Position numbers and translations under genes: made by a program. The notes beneath the pieces were generated by a model. The model did no database searches, had not been told where the DNA came from, and worked only from the letters and a program-made list of their open reading frames with translations. A stretch of 64,000 bases of DNA from Antedon mediterranea (taxonomy: Eukaryota; Animalia; Echinodermata). Each line of letters opens with the position of its first letter. Within the stretch, counting starts at the first letter, position 1. The DNA lies in the NCBI RefSeq assembly GCF_964355755.1, contig NC_092674.1, positions 31,000,001-31,064,000 on the forward strand, given 5' to 3'. This document shows positions 49,042 to 62,307 of this stretch, one piece after another.

Positions 49042-49855
49042 AATGCATCGGCAGTCAGAGTTTCCATATAATAATAATATTGATATACCATAAACTTTTT
49101 TTTTTTTCAAAGTTGTTTTATTTTTTCTTCCATAATAACAATGGAAGTCCTGTGCTCATGGATCACAGCACATATCAAAAATAAAAATTGTCAGAGAGAA
49201 TTGGCATGCTCTATAATTTTTTTCCATTTCATTAACAAATTCTGCACATGATCTATCTTTCCATGATGAGATATTTTTACTTATTTACCATAAAGTACTG
49301 TTTCAAATCATTATTTATTATCTATAAACTTATTATAGTCATGTCAGAATTGATTTTAATTTCAAATTTAATTAAGTTTACCATAAGAATGCATGTTGTA
49401 TACAATACAAATGAAATTGATGAATGATGTTATATAGTACACTCTGGAGATATAGAGGAAAAAATAGGTCATCTTCAACTTTTTAAAATTTCATCAAAAG
49501 ATTCAAATTTCAGTAAAGCATTAACTGACATAATTCTACACTATCTTGTCAACTTGTCCATTTGTCAGTTTTACTTATTTCATTCATTGTTCTAGCATTT
49601 TAGCAATGGCACTGTAGGTTTGATGACCTACTTGTTCCATGGCACCAGTTCAAATCTTGTCCTGCTCTCACCATCCTCCTCCCCTCCACTACACTACTAT
49701 ATTGAGTTATTACACAATACAACTTATTTACTTATTTTCATTACAACATTTAAAAGATATAAGAAAGGTTCGTGAAAATTCAACTTTCCTAAATGCTTCA
49801 CAAACTAAGAGACTAAAAGTGTAGAAAACAGTCACAACATAATTTTATATAATTA

Positions 49856-49945
49856 ATGTGATGTGTCCATATATGGACATGATGATGTCATGTTACTTCA
49901 CTACCATATTTGGGCATATCACTACCATATTTGGGCACATAAAAC
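49856..49945. mobile_element. PIF/Harbinger-like MITE internal fragment
   Basis: ATGTGATGTGTCCATATATGGACATGATG...CACTACCATATTTGGGC x2 without TIRs. Confidence 0.7.
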
Positions 49946-50821
49946 TTTAATGTAGGAATAATTACTGCATTAAATTTTCTCTTATTTTTACATTTCCTTA
50001 TAAATTATCTGTCTGTGATGAATATTTAATTTCATTTACCTTCTCAGGTTTATTGTTCTAATTTATTCCTATTTTGTTGACATGTGCACTTGTTATCATA
50101 CAATACTATCTGTGTAACTAGATTACATAAACTGTATACAACTTACACAATTGCAATGCATTATATTTCCAGTACTTTGCTATTGTTTGCTTCATGTAAT
50201 ATGGCATTATTTCTTATCGATTGCTTTTAAGCAGATTGATCTTATTGTGTTTTCTATTTTATTACGTTCTTACTACACTAAAATACAGCGTTATTGCTCC
50301 ATTACCTGTATTATTAATAATGCTAAGTTAGACGTTGTGTTTTACTGCCTTTGACAAAGAGGTTTTTTATTATTTTTTTAAAATTCAGACAATGATTTCA
50401 ACATTTTATGTTTGAAATTATCAAAATTACTAACATTAAATTGACTTATGTTCATTATGATAAGAATTGCAAATTGCTTTTTGTTTTCTTTAGAAAATGT
50501 TTTAATCAGAAAAAAAAAATTCAGACAGTTTTCATATTAAAGTTTAATTTCACCAATATTAAAGTATGTTGAATCATTTCAATTGTTATGTTATCGTAAA
50601 TTTATATACTTGTCTGGTGTCTGATAGACTTTGTTGCTCATGTTTTTAAATGAGTGCCAATGAGTTTTTTCCATTTCTACCATCTATTTGTTGACTTTCT
50701 TTATAGGGTGATAGATCTACATTGTCCTAGAGTACTAAGAAGCAGATCATGGTTGAAATCTTTGTTGCTTTAAGAGTTCCTTCCTCCTCACATTTCTACC
50801 ATCATTGGAAATCTACACACC

Positions 50822-52363
50822 ACTCCTAGAGTAAGAGGTTGCTCATAGCATTGTCTTAGATTGGTCCATTCTATGTGTTAACTTTTTACATAATGATTGT
50901 AACTCTACATACTCCTAGAGTAAGAGTGAGTGGCCGAGCGGTTAAGACAGTGGAACCGTAATTACGTAGCCATAACATCGGCAAGGGTTCGAGGCTCACT
51001 CGCTCCATGGTTCTGGTGGTAGAACGAGTCTTCTCGGATAAGGACTATAAACCGTAGGTCCAGTGTACACATAGCTCATGCGCACTTTAAAGAACCTAGT
51101 ACATCTTTCGAGACGAGTAGGGGGTTACCCCGGTGTACTAGTCCACACAAACACAGCAACTGTCACACAGCCACTGTGCAAATTGGGACTGGACCGTTTT
51201 AGAGGTGTTTACCACCTGTTGGTCCAGATCCTTCACTAACTGAGTTAGTGAGAAATAAAAGAGGTTGCTCAAAGCATTGTCTTAGATTGGTCCATTCTAT
51301 TTGTTAACTTTTTACATAATGATTGTAACTCTACATACTCCTAGAGTAAGAGGCTGCTCAAAGCATTGTCTTAGATTGGTCCATTCTATTCGTTAACTTT
51401 TTACATAATGATTGTAACTCTACATACTCTTAGAGTAAGAGGCTACTCAAAGCATTGTCTTAGATTGGTCCATTCTATTTGTTAACTTTTTAAATAATGA
51501 TTGTAACTCTACATACTCCTAGAGTAAGAGGCTGCTCAAAGCATTGTCTTAGATTGGTCCATTCTATTTGTTAACTTTTTAAATAATGATTGTAACTCTA
51601 CATACTCCTAGAGTAAGAGGCTGCTCATAGCATTGTCTTAGATTGGTCCATTCTATTTGTTAACTTTTTAAATAATGATTGTAACTCTACATACTCCTAG
51701 AGTAAGAGGCTGCTCATAGCATTGTCTTAGATTGGTCCATTCTATTTGTTAACTTTTTAAATAATGATTGTAACGCTACATACTCCTATAGTAAGAGGCT
51801 GCTCAAAGCATTATCTTAGATTGGTCCATTCTATTTGTTAACTTTTTAAATAATGATTGTAACTCTACATACTCCTAGAGTAAGAAGCTGCTCAAAGCAT
51901 TGTCTTAGATTGGTCCATTCTATTTGTTAACTTTTTAAATAATGATTGTAAATCTACATACTCCTAGAGTAAGAGGCTGCTCAAAGCATTGTCTTAGATT
52001 GGTCCATTCTATTTGTTAACTTTTTAAATAATGATTGTAACTCTACATACTTCTAGAGTAAGAGGCTGCTCATAGCATTGTCTTAGATTGGTCCATTCTA
52101 TTTGTTAACTTTTTAAATAATGATTGTAACTCTACATACTCCTAGAGTAAGAGGCTGCTCATAGCATTGTCTTAGATTGGTCCATTCTATTTGTTAACTT
52201 TTTAAATAATGATTGTAACTGTACATACTCCTAGAGTAAGAGGTTGCTCAAAGCATTGTCTTAGATTTGTCCATTCTATTTGTTAACTTTTTAAATAATG
52301 ATTGTAACTATACATACTCCTAGAGTAAGAGGCTGCTCAGAGCATTGTCTTAGATTGGTCCAT
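50822..52363. repeat. 89-bp minisatellite, ~14 units, interrupted by a SINE
   Basis: TACTCCTAGAGTAAGAGGCTGCTCAAAGCATTGTCTTAGATTGGTCCATTCTATTTGTTAACTTTTTAAATAATGATTGTAACTCTACA. Confidence 0.97.
50924..51258 (+). mobile_element. Full-length tRNA-derived SINE with Deu/Nin-like central domain
   Basis: A-box TGGCCGAGCGG, B-box GGTTCGAGGCT, acceptor-stem-like GAGTGAGTG/CACTCGCTC, core GGATAAGGACTATAAACCG...AAAGAACC...GAGTAGGGGGTTACCCCGGTGT, A-rich tail, AAGAG duplicated at 50922-50926 and 51259-51263. Confidence 0.85.
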
Positions 52364-53153
52364 TGTATGTTTTTCTGTATCATAAACAATTTCTTGTCTG
52401 CCCTCTAGTGTTTTGTAAAATTCTGTTCCTATTGAAAACTAATACTGTAGTTGGAAGATGTCCTACTGTATATGGTAATCATCATATTGTGATGATTGGT
52501 AATGAAGTCGATGCAGTGAACCATGACAAAACAACATGTTTGAGAATTCTGTGGCAGATGGCTTAAACACCATATTAATTAGGTAATTTGCGATATGAAA
52601 TTAAAGCTATGCATTTTTTAATTCATTTGTTAATATGGATCAGTCGTTATATCAGGGTTAATTCTTTAAGCATGGTTCTACGTGGCCGCAATAGGAATGA
52701 TATAATCCTGTCATTTTCATCATGATTAATGTGATCATATGTCATCCAACATGATATGTGATCATGTCATAATCCAAGTAGATCCAACATAGTGGGATAT
52801 GTAATGTCTTATTCTCATTATGTTGTAAATCCCCTTAATCCCCTTATCAACAATAATCACACTTGATCTGACATTAATGCTTTAATATTCTGACCATCAC
52901 ATAATCTCATAATTTACCTTGTAAGATGTCCATACAGTCATGTTATTACGATGTCCATACGACCATTTCATCATCCTATACTAATCTCATCTGTTCTTAT
53001 AATACAGGTGATTTTTTTTTTAAAGACTACGAAATGTCAAGAGTTTAAACAAAATGCTCGTTTTTTCTGAAATGCCCTTTTCAACTAAATACTAGCAGTG
53101 GGACTTATGGTAAATAAGTCTAACTTACTTAGCTTTACCCTTTTGTGAAAAAA

Positions 53154-53226
53154 AAGACAGTCACGTCCACAGACAGTACCCCACCCCTATAAGGGGTAGG
53201 GTACTGTCTGTGGACTTGACTGTCTT
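53154..53226. repeat. GC-rich near-perfect hairpin (~34-bp arms)
   Basis: AAGACAGTCACGTCCACAGACAGTACCCCACCCCT-ATA-AGGGGTAGGGTACTGTCTGTGGACTTGACTGTCTT. Confidence 0.9.
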
Positions 53227-53809
53227 CTGGAGTTCATCCATTGAGCACCTGTAAATGAATCCACTTTTGTTTGTTACTTAAATGAACAAAAAAACGAAAA
53301 ATGTACGCCTTTCATGTGAGTCAGCCATCCTATCAAACCATTACAAAACTTGTGAGTACTCACTTTACATTTCATACATTATATATACACATTGTTTTAA
53401 ATAAATAAATAATAAGATAAGTTTATATGAAAATGTATAGATCTCAAACAATAGAATAAATCATTTTATGAAGCAATAAAAAGTTTTTTTTAATTCATGA
53501 AAATATGATTCATACAATTTTCATTGTTAATTTACAGCGTGTATGTAAATCATGAAGGGTGTCAGTTTTTTAATATTGATTTAATTAGCCGTGAAATTAA
53601 AAACTTGTCTATTAATCAAACATTGAATCATTTAATTATTAATTTATGATCAATCAATTAATTGTAAGCTATTAATCATTGCCCATAATTTGTTTGAATT
53701 ATAAATTAACCTTTTCATGCCTTGCCTTCCTTTTTATCCTTGGTTCGTTCATTAAATATTATTGTATTGTCCAATTTTCTTTCCAGTTTTGCTTCAAAAT
53801 AGACTTTAA

Positions 53810-53903
53810 AGCTCTTTCTGCACTATCAAACTTTATGTGATGTTCCCATATATGGACATGATGATGTCAGTACTACCATATTTAAGCTTATCACTACCAT
53901 ATT
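53810..53903. mobile_element. PIF/Harbinger-like MITE, left half only
   Basis: AGCTCTTTCTGCACTATCAAACTTTATGTGA... family sequence. Confidence 0.72.
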
Positions 53904-55791
53904 TTTCAACAACAAAATTAGAAAAAAAAAATGTAAATATTGTTATAGCTCTTTGGACAAACATTGAATGTACACATAAAATTAACTAACTAATGACAAC
54001 AAAAAACAACTACATCAGATATAAAAATTCAGCACAAGAAACATCTATATTTTGTTATTAAATTGAATTGAACACTTCTTTCAGATCCCTAGTTCCATAA
54101 AAATGTTTAAATAAATAGTATATAAATATATTTTGGTTGGTTTTAATCTATTGCTTAAAAGAAATATTTTCAAAATTGTTTTAATAATTACATTACAATA
54201 AACAACATCAGTATAATGAATGAAGAGAGGTTAAATGCATTTTAATATCTTCATAAAAAGTTCATTACATTTGGTCAGTAAGTCAAACAAACTATTCAAA
54301 GAACCAATGCCATCAATCGCCAATTACGTATTTAACTTTCTATTGAATAATTTCACAAGATCAAATTTCATGGATTCTCGTTTGCTATGCAGCAATTCTA
54401 CATTTTAATTACTAAATTTCTTGGCTGTCAAATACAACACGCCGTTTGTTACCGGTTTTTTTTCACAATTCGCAAGAATATCAGAAAAAAGCCGGTTAGC
54501 TCAATGATTAGGTTTCATTGTGTCCTATATATTTCTAATGAATTCTTAATTTCATAAACTGTGCCTTCTTGGTCTTTGAATATTAAAATTTAGAAATTTA
54601 AACTGATATTGCAAGTTGAACTCATTCTCTCGAGTGCTCTAAACATTTTAGATTGATTACTGTTACTTTCCATATTGCAACAAAACATCGTAAAATAGAT
54701 ATTGATACCAATATTAAATTTTCAATCATTGTCTTAAATTCATCTCCAATATCAAATGAATGATTGGGAAAAATTGGTTTTATATTTTCTCCAATTTCAT
54801 CAATTGAATGGTAAGCTTTTTTCAAAGTGATTATTTGTCCGACGTGGTCAGCATTTAAAGAATAGACCAGGATTCCATGTCGGTATTCCATTGTATCCAG
54901 GGTAGTTATTACTAACTCCCAGGTCAGTATTTAAATATAAATTGAGGACAATGTTGAAATTGCACATTTGGGTAAATTCCCAGGTCAGTATTAAAGCGTA
55001 TGCTGAAATCCCAGGTCAGTACAAAAGCTAAAAATGAATTATTGTTGTTACAAAATATAAATATGTTATTGGTTATAGTTTTTTTTTTTTGCATGTTTTG
55101 TGTAATTCTTTAATACAAACAGGAGCTTGAGATTGGAATTTTCATTATTTGCAATTATTCCCTCCCATGTTTTTTTTTTGTAATACCTAATGACTTTAAT
55201 ATCCATCATTCTAAATCCCTCTGTGGTTTTCAATGATTAGGGACTTAAGCCAAAGTTTGATGCTTAAAATGCTTTGGTAATTTCTCAAAACAGGTGAAAA
55301 GCTTAGCCCAGTAAGAAGAAATACTTGTCTACTTCCTCTGTTGCATCTCCAAGGTGATTTGTTAAGCCTGCCAATGAGGGCAGTGTCTTAGATGAATTTG
55401 TTAGGCTCACCACAGCTTTCGATGTAAGGTTTTGCGACTGAACGGGTCCTAAAGCTCTCCAATGGCTGGTGCCCTAAGGCCTTCAGCTGAAGTCAATGCA
55501 AGGTAAACTGTCCAGAGGATTGTCTGTTTTTATTTCATTATTAATTATTAACTCCCATCTCCATCATTTATTCAAGACATTGTTGCGTATCAATCAGATG
55601 ACAGATTTTATCCTCTTGGACAATGACACTAAAGAATCATTCAAAGATGACAATTTTCATTTATTATTAAGTAGCATGTCTTTTTTGTTCCAACTGATAA
55701 ACAATTCTGGTGGTTCATGTGTGTGATATCATGTTCCGTGTGATTTAGTTATTTTAAGTTCAGTGCTCTAAAAAAATAAAAATAAATATAT

Positions 55792-55966
55792 GCATTGAAC
55801 TCTCCATTTGGACACTCTATTCAGGGGACACTCCTGTTCAGGGGACACCCTTGTTAAGAGAACACTTTCCTGTGAAACGAATGAAGGGCAATGTTTTAAC
55901 ATTTTACAGACATCCCTTATAAAACACCTGGTTGTGTTTCAAAGGTGGAGAAGGATATTCTACTGT
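55792..55966. mobile_element. Degenerate pogo/Tigger-like MITE
   Basis: GAACTCTCCAT..GGACACTCTATTCAGGGGACAC repeats and a right end GGAGAAGG..TTCTACTGT. Confidence 0.35.
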
Positions 55967-57723
55967 TTTAAAGTATTAACAGTATTTACAGTATAGACAC
56001 CACATCAAGTGATGAAATGTTATTGTGTATCTGTAAAAACACCAATATTTGATAGACTTAGCATCATTGAAAATGCTATTAGCAGGTGCTAAATACGGTA
56101 CTTAAGAGAATGTCATTCTGATAAGACATGCAGGTGTTTCTAAGCTACCAATGAGTGTCTTTACACTTTACAACTCAACGCTAACGCATTTATACACTTA
56201 GGTTGAAGATGAAAGTATATATACACTGCATTTGGATTGCGCTCTTTAAATGTGCAATTTATACGCTTTACAAGTGGACATTTTATGTACTAAAGAAAAC
56301 TGTTTAGATAGTGTCTTTTTATTTATTAAAGTTACAAAATCCACTAAATTTCTCAAATTTCTGTACCTTAAAAATGAAATGTTTTTATCTGCTACCTACC
56401 GCGCCCATTTGGTATTTAATTATGGTTTGAAGTTTACTCTCAATTATGGCTCAAATCGTTTAATTAAACTTCGAATGCAAACATATTCAGCTCTTAGAAC
56501 CATGCGTACGTGCATCACACCACATCTACTGGGAATGCCTAGCCAGTGATGACCAATAAATGCGTCAACCCTTTGCACTAACAGCATCTTATATTCTATA
56601 CGCTTTTTGATTACTATACCTCGATTGATCACAAAAACGTTTCTGAGTACACTATAAATATATATATTTCTCAGGAGAGCATTTGAAAGAATATAGGTTT
56701 TATATGGGCTATATCATTGCTTTTATTGTTCTGTATTTAAATAAAGAATTTAGAGTTAAGAGAACTTCTGTTTAATATGAAAGAGATTAGAATAAATTAT
56801 GAGAACTTTTGATAATTATATTAATGTTATACACTATTTACCAAATAGTAAGAAAAAAATTATGCGTTAACATCCTCATTGCTTAAGGCGAATTACAAGG
56901 TCAAAGGTGAGCGATAATTGAATGTAATTCATTAATAACATTTGAAATTTATTAGTTCTCAATGATTCATATCATTCATTTATTTCTGGAGGCAATTTTC
57001 TTGCAATCTGTGTTTTTGTGATTTATATGAGATACACTTTATTTAATACAACAAAAAATAGTCCTGACGATTTTGCAAATTTGTTAATATTTTAAGTACT
57101 TCATTTATTACTGAAAATCTTGTTTAAATATTGTTTTCCTCAAGGTCTGGTTATAACCATACACATTATATTTAACCAAATAACTATATAAATTAATTTT
57201 TGTTTTAAACTTGTCTAATTGCTATTTGGTAGGTTATTCTTGAAGTGGTAGTGATATTGAAATTCTTTTAGAAAATCAAGTTTTATAGATGCCTAATATT
57301 ATCAAAATGATTTGCATATAAGTAAGTAATAAGTAATTCTATCTCTAGAATATAAGTATAGTGATCTGAAAAGTACTTATGATTCATACTTTTCTATAAT
57401 TCCTCGGTCATTACCATGCTAATTCTTTATAAATCATTTTGTACGTCTTGCTTTCCAATCAATTAAAATCCATCATAGTATTTTGTTCATACTTTTTACG
57501 TCATTAATCATCTTTTAAGCAGATAAGGAAGTGTTAAATGTTATGTTTCATCAAAGCTGCCTTTCCTGTGATTTGTTAGTGACAATAATATTAATTTATT
57601 CAAAATTGTTTGGCCTTCAGAATTGTTCCTACAATAGGGTCCCAGGTAGAGTTACCAGGCTTGTCATAAAGTGTATAGTATTGTCCTAGATCCTCCAGGT
57701 TTGCCCTGAAGTATATAATATTG

Positions 57724-57909
57724 AACTTATGCTCTGGATGCCATCACATGGGACAAGAAGACCAGGCAGGCCCCCAAAATCATTCATTGACCAACTAGTT
57801 GCGGACTCCGGCCATACAATTGAAGAGCTACCAGGAGCAATGATGAACAGAGACGGCTGGAAAGAAGTAGTCAAAAGGATCCGAGCAAGCTCGACGCAGT
57901 AGTAGTAGT
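57724..57909 (+). mobile_element. 5'-truncated RTE-clade LINE 3' end
   Basis: Encodes LMLWMPSHGTRRPGRPPKSFIDQLVADSG...MMNRDGWKEVVKRIRASSTQ*, typical RTE ORF C-terminus; (TAG)n tail; 14-bp TSD AGTATATAATATTG at 57710-57723 and 57910-57923. Confidence 0.88.
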
Positions 57910-59260
57910 AGTATATAATATTGTATTCACCAGGATTGTAATAAAGCAGAGCCTAAAAGTAGTGAAATGTGACTTAATTTGATGTCTAGTATCTTTTGCA
58001 TTACAATTTGTGGAATTTAGAGGGGACACAGGCCGTCAAGTATATATTATTCTCCTATAGTCACTAGGATTGTCCCAGGTAGAGTCTTTATGATTGTCTT
58101 AGAGTTTGTAATATTGTAATCAAGTTCCAGGGTTGAGGTGTTTAGTGTTGTCCTAGAATTTGCCAGGCTATAGTATAGTCCTAGAGTTGTCTTCTACTAT
58201 TTTCCTAAATCCCATATTTATTACCTTTTGTTTTGACATTGTCTTCTTTCTGAGAATCTCTTGTGGTTTTAGCTTTACATCCTGCCCAAAACAGAAAAAT
58301 ATGGAAAAAAATTATGGAAAGCGTAATATCGGAATGACGGAAAATTTTCCAAGAGAGAGTTAAATACAAACTGAACTAACTAAAATCATATTCAGTGTAT
58401 TCCTTTTAGCATTTTGGCACATTGATGCAAGGTAAGTATAATGGAAAATCTATATATGTGAATATAAACAGAAAGATTAATCCAAAATACTTTTAATCGA
58501 AACAGGTTTTGAGTGATGATGAGGACAGCAACGATTATCTTTCCGATACTGTAATTCCTAACTTGATAAATCTGTATTGATATTTGCCTGTGGCTTTAGT
58601 CTAGCTATTGAAGTGGTATTACTTCAAGGATTCTTCAGGTTCTATAACCCTTTACAAACGCTACAATATGCAGGCTGTTAATTACACCTCGTTTCTCTAA
58701 ACGTGTGCATTAGGTAACGTAATCGCTAAATGCTTCGTTAAAAATAACGATTTGACTTTATACCTTAACCAAGGGGAATAAGGGGAAGATGACCACAAGC
58801 CTTTGGGCCTCTTCGCAGTTCACGGATATTTGAACAAATGCTTGCCGCCTGCAGACTCGTCAAGTTTACTTAAGCGACAATTAGCATTCTGCCCAAGTAA
58901 TATTACTGCTTGCTTTTATTGCTTCGAGCAAATTCAATCATAGAATTGTAAATTATGTCGAATGAAATTCACTCAATTTGCATAATTATAGGTACAAAAG
59001 AACCTTCATTTGAGCAATGTTTTTTTACTATGCCGCATCAATAAATACTTTTGATGGTCTCCTTACTGCAATGATTGTAATACTCGTGCACGACACCTTT
59101 GGAAGCTCGGTTTGTTTGTTTAATCTAGTTTGAAGGCTAAACATACCCAAGATGTTCATTGTCGGAAATGATGAGAAAGAAAACATAATGCAATCTAATT
59201 ATGTTAATTTTATATTATTATATGCATCACATAAAGTGTAGTGAAACATCATTCACTTTG

Positions 59261-59483
59261 AGCCCACAGCCAGGATTTTAACAAGGAAATTTATTTTTCC
59301 ACAAAAGTTAATTTTATCTACCACAAAAGTCAACTTTTTTTCTACAAAAGTCAACTTTTTTTTTCATAAAATCATTATAAAGCTAGGCTTATTATCCATA
59401 TTTATTATCACCTTTGATGCTGATAGTTTAAAAAGGGCACTTCAGAAAAACTTGAACCTTCAAACCCTCTGGCTACGGGTTTG
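59261..59483. mobile_element. Degenerate hAT-like TIR element
   Basis: GCCCACAGCCAGG ... CTGGCTACGGGT imperfect inverted ends; internal CCACAAAAGTCAA repeats. Confidence 0.35.
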
Positions 59484-60529
59484 GAAAATGATGGGATGAA
59501 AGGATAGTCTGATCTGAAATGATGAGAAGATAAAAATTGAATGAGAAAGAAAATGTAAATGTAACAGCAATGACCATTATTCAAAAAGTTTTTATATTTT
59601 TCTTTTATTCAGAATACTTTGAATTAAATTTTCTATTCCTTAATATCATCAAAATAAATGTGATTGCATACAAAGTACCATTTGAAAGAATGCCTCACGG
59701 CACGAATAACTGACCAACCCAGTTATGATGACCCTGAGTACATCTGTACTCTCATTTGTGTTCATCAGTAAACATTACTTCCATAAAGTCATTTTAAAAT
59801 ATATCAAATGTTATTAATGTTAATAAAAAAAAATATGTCCGTGAATAATAATTTAATTGGATTTCCTCAATTGGCCAATTATCAAGTATTATAACACACC
59901 AAAGTGTATCGTTGCCTTTTGATTGGTTGTATCATGTCCTGCGCATACGTCAGTTCATTCTCAGGTTGTAAATTGCTCGTTCAGGTTTTAACATTTTTTT
60001 AAGATTTCAGAAATTTGTGCATTCACAGTCAGTATGTTAAAAAACAAATGTTTTGTATTCATAGAATAGATACATTATATTTTCATTCTTTGACAATCTT
60101 TCATCCATTCATCTCATAAACATTCATAATACGTGAATATTTAGTTTCCATAAGTGTACACCAAAAAACGGTTCTTTATTCTTAATAATGTTTATGATTG
60201 GTGGAAATATATAAAGATCTATGAATTGTAATACATATATTCTTTTATGCAAAAATATTTTTAACATTTAGACAAATTGCCTTGAGTGTTTCGCTAGGTA
60301 GAATATTTGACTTTGTTGAGATCGAATGAAGATAATGTATATAAACAAGTGTTCACTTTACTCTAGTTCCACACAGGTTTACATTAACCCAGATTACAAG
60401 AAGTCAAACAATTTGTAGTTTATAGTATGTTAATGTAAAAAGTGCAGTAACAGTTGTAATGATAGCAATAGCGATGGTGATAAATATTATTGGTGATAAT
60501 GATTTTAGTGATGGTAGTTAGCGCTAATT

Positions 60530-61065
60530 ACTAATAATGCCATCAACATCACTGAACTATCAACATCATTATTAAACCATCACAATTATCAACATTGCCA
60601 ACCTACTGTATCACCATTTATGAAAATCACCAAACGTTTAGCAACCTCACCAAAGACGTCCCCTTCATCAAACCATCAATCACCAAATCATCAACATTAC
60701 CAAACCATAAGCTCATCATTAACATTACCAAACCATAACCAAATCATCAACATTACCAAACCATAACCAAATCATCAACATTACCAAACCATCACCAACA
60801 TTACCAAACCATCACCAACATTACCAAATCATCACCAACATTACCAAATCATCAACATTACCAAATAATCAACATTACCAAACCATCACCAAATCATCAA
60901 TATTACCAAACCATCACCAAATCATCAACATTACCAAACCATCACCAAATCATCACTAACATCACTAAACCAAACCATCATCAAAATTACCAAACCATCA
61001 CAAAGTCATCAACATTACCAAAACACCACTAAACCTCATTACCAGGACTTCACCATCATAACCAC
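60530..61065. repeat. Degenerate C/A-rich tandem repeat
   Basis: AACATTACCAAACCATCACCAAATCATC-like units. Confidence 0.9.
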
Positions 61066-61761
61066 CAGTCTATATATCATATTGTGATAATCTCTGTACT
61101 TTGCCTAGAGATATCTTCTGTACTGTTGTGCAAAAATTCAATATTATTGCCATTAGCAAGTTGATCATTAAACTCTATTCTACTCACTTACATAATGTTC
61201 TTAATTATTTTCTTATATTAATTACAGTTCTAATTCTCATAGATGACTGGAAATTTGCTCAACTATTCAAATTCTTCATCGACAAAAAACCAATCAAACG
61301 TGACCAAGAATTTTATCAGGTATTAATTCAAGGTTATTAACTTTTATTATTATAGATTATTGATCATTCTCTTCGGAAATAATTAAAATATAATTTATGT
61401 AAATTATTTTTATAATAACATTAGTTATTCTGGGCTCTACCAGTACCTTCAAGTAAATCTAAATTATAAATGTTACCAACATTTCTTTCAGACTCAAAGA
61501 ATATCATTCAATTACTAGATTGACCCTTGACCCAATCAAATGAATCAATCAAAAATAGAATTAAAATATTCACTTTACTTTTATATTTCAAAACAAAATA
61601 TTCATTGAATTAGAATTTAATATTTATTTTCACACAATCAAACAAATACAATGACCCGCCAATGACAAAATGACAGGATCGGAAACCAATGCTTTTATAA
61701 ACCTAGTCTCATATGAGACTCAAGAAGTGAGGCTGTATATTGGCGTTAGGTAATTCCTGGT

Positions 61762-61833
61762 ATTATGACAGGATTTGGACCTAGGACCCTGGGATGGGTA
61801 AGGAAGCATGGAAACCACTAAGCCACAGTGCCA
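61762..61833 (-). mobile_element. tRNA-derived SINE head (degenerate)
   Basis: Minus strand GGCACTGTGGCTTAGTGG (A-box) ... GGTCCAAATCC (B-box-like); no proper cloverleaf. Confidence 0.45.
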
Positions 61834-62307
61834 CTGTAATTTAAATTTTTCTTAAATTTATTTTAATTATTATAATTTACAGTGTTATATTTATTATTTT
61901 GTTATTTTAATGTGCCATTTTCCAATTTATGAGCAACAAAATTGCTATATAGACCAATTTAACTGATAGTATTTATATATTCTTATGGATGGCTGGTAAA
62001 AGGCTGGTTTTGTTTTGACTGTAATCTTTCATGGAAGGCATATCTACTATAAAGTAGATTTTATATATTTGGTTCTGACATATAAACGACGTACATAGCT
62101 CATTAATTCTAATTCTTTTAAAATCCAATAACAGTTTGTTTGTCCAGATTGTTGTGGCAATGTGATATATAACACGTCAGTAGCATAGTTTACATGTGCA
62201 TGTTTTACTCGTTTATTTTCTTGCTTGTAATTTAATTTGTGAGTGATAACATTACAATTTATTTGTCCAGTTAAGTACTTTTTAAACAAAAATATACAAC
62301 ACCTCTT

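Noticed and set aside
50924-51008. Possible tRNA gene
   Set aside because: A/B boxes present but no canonical anticodon arm or T-run terminator; continues into a SINE core and A-tail.
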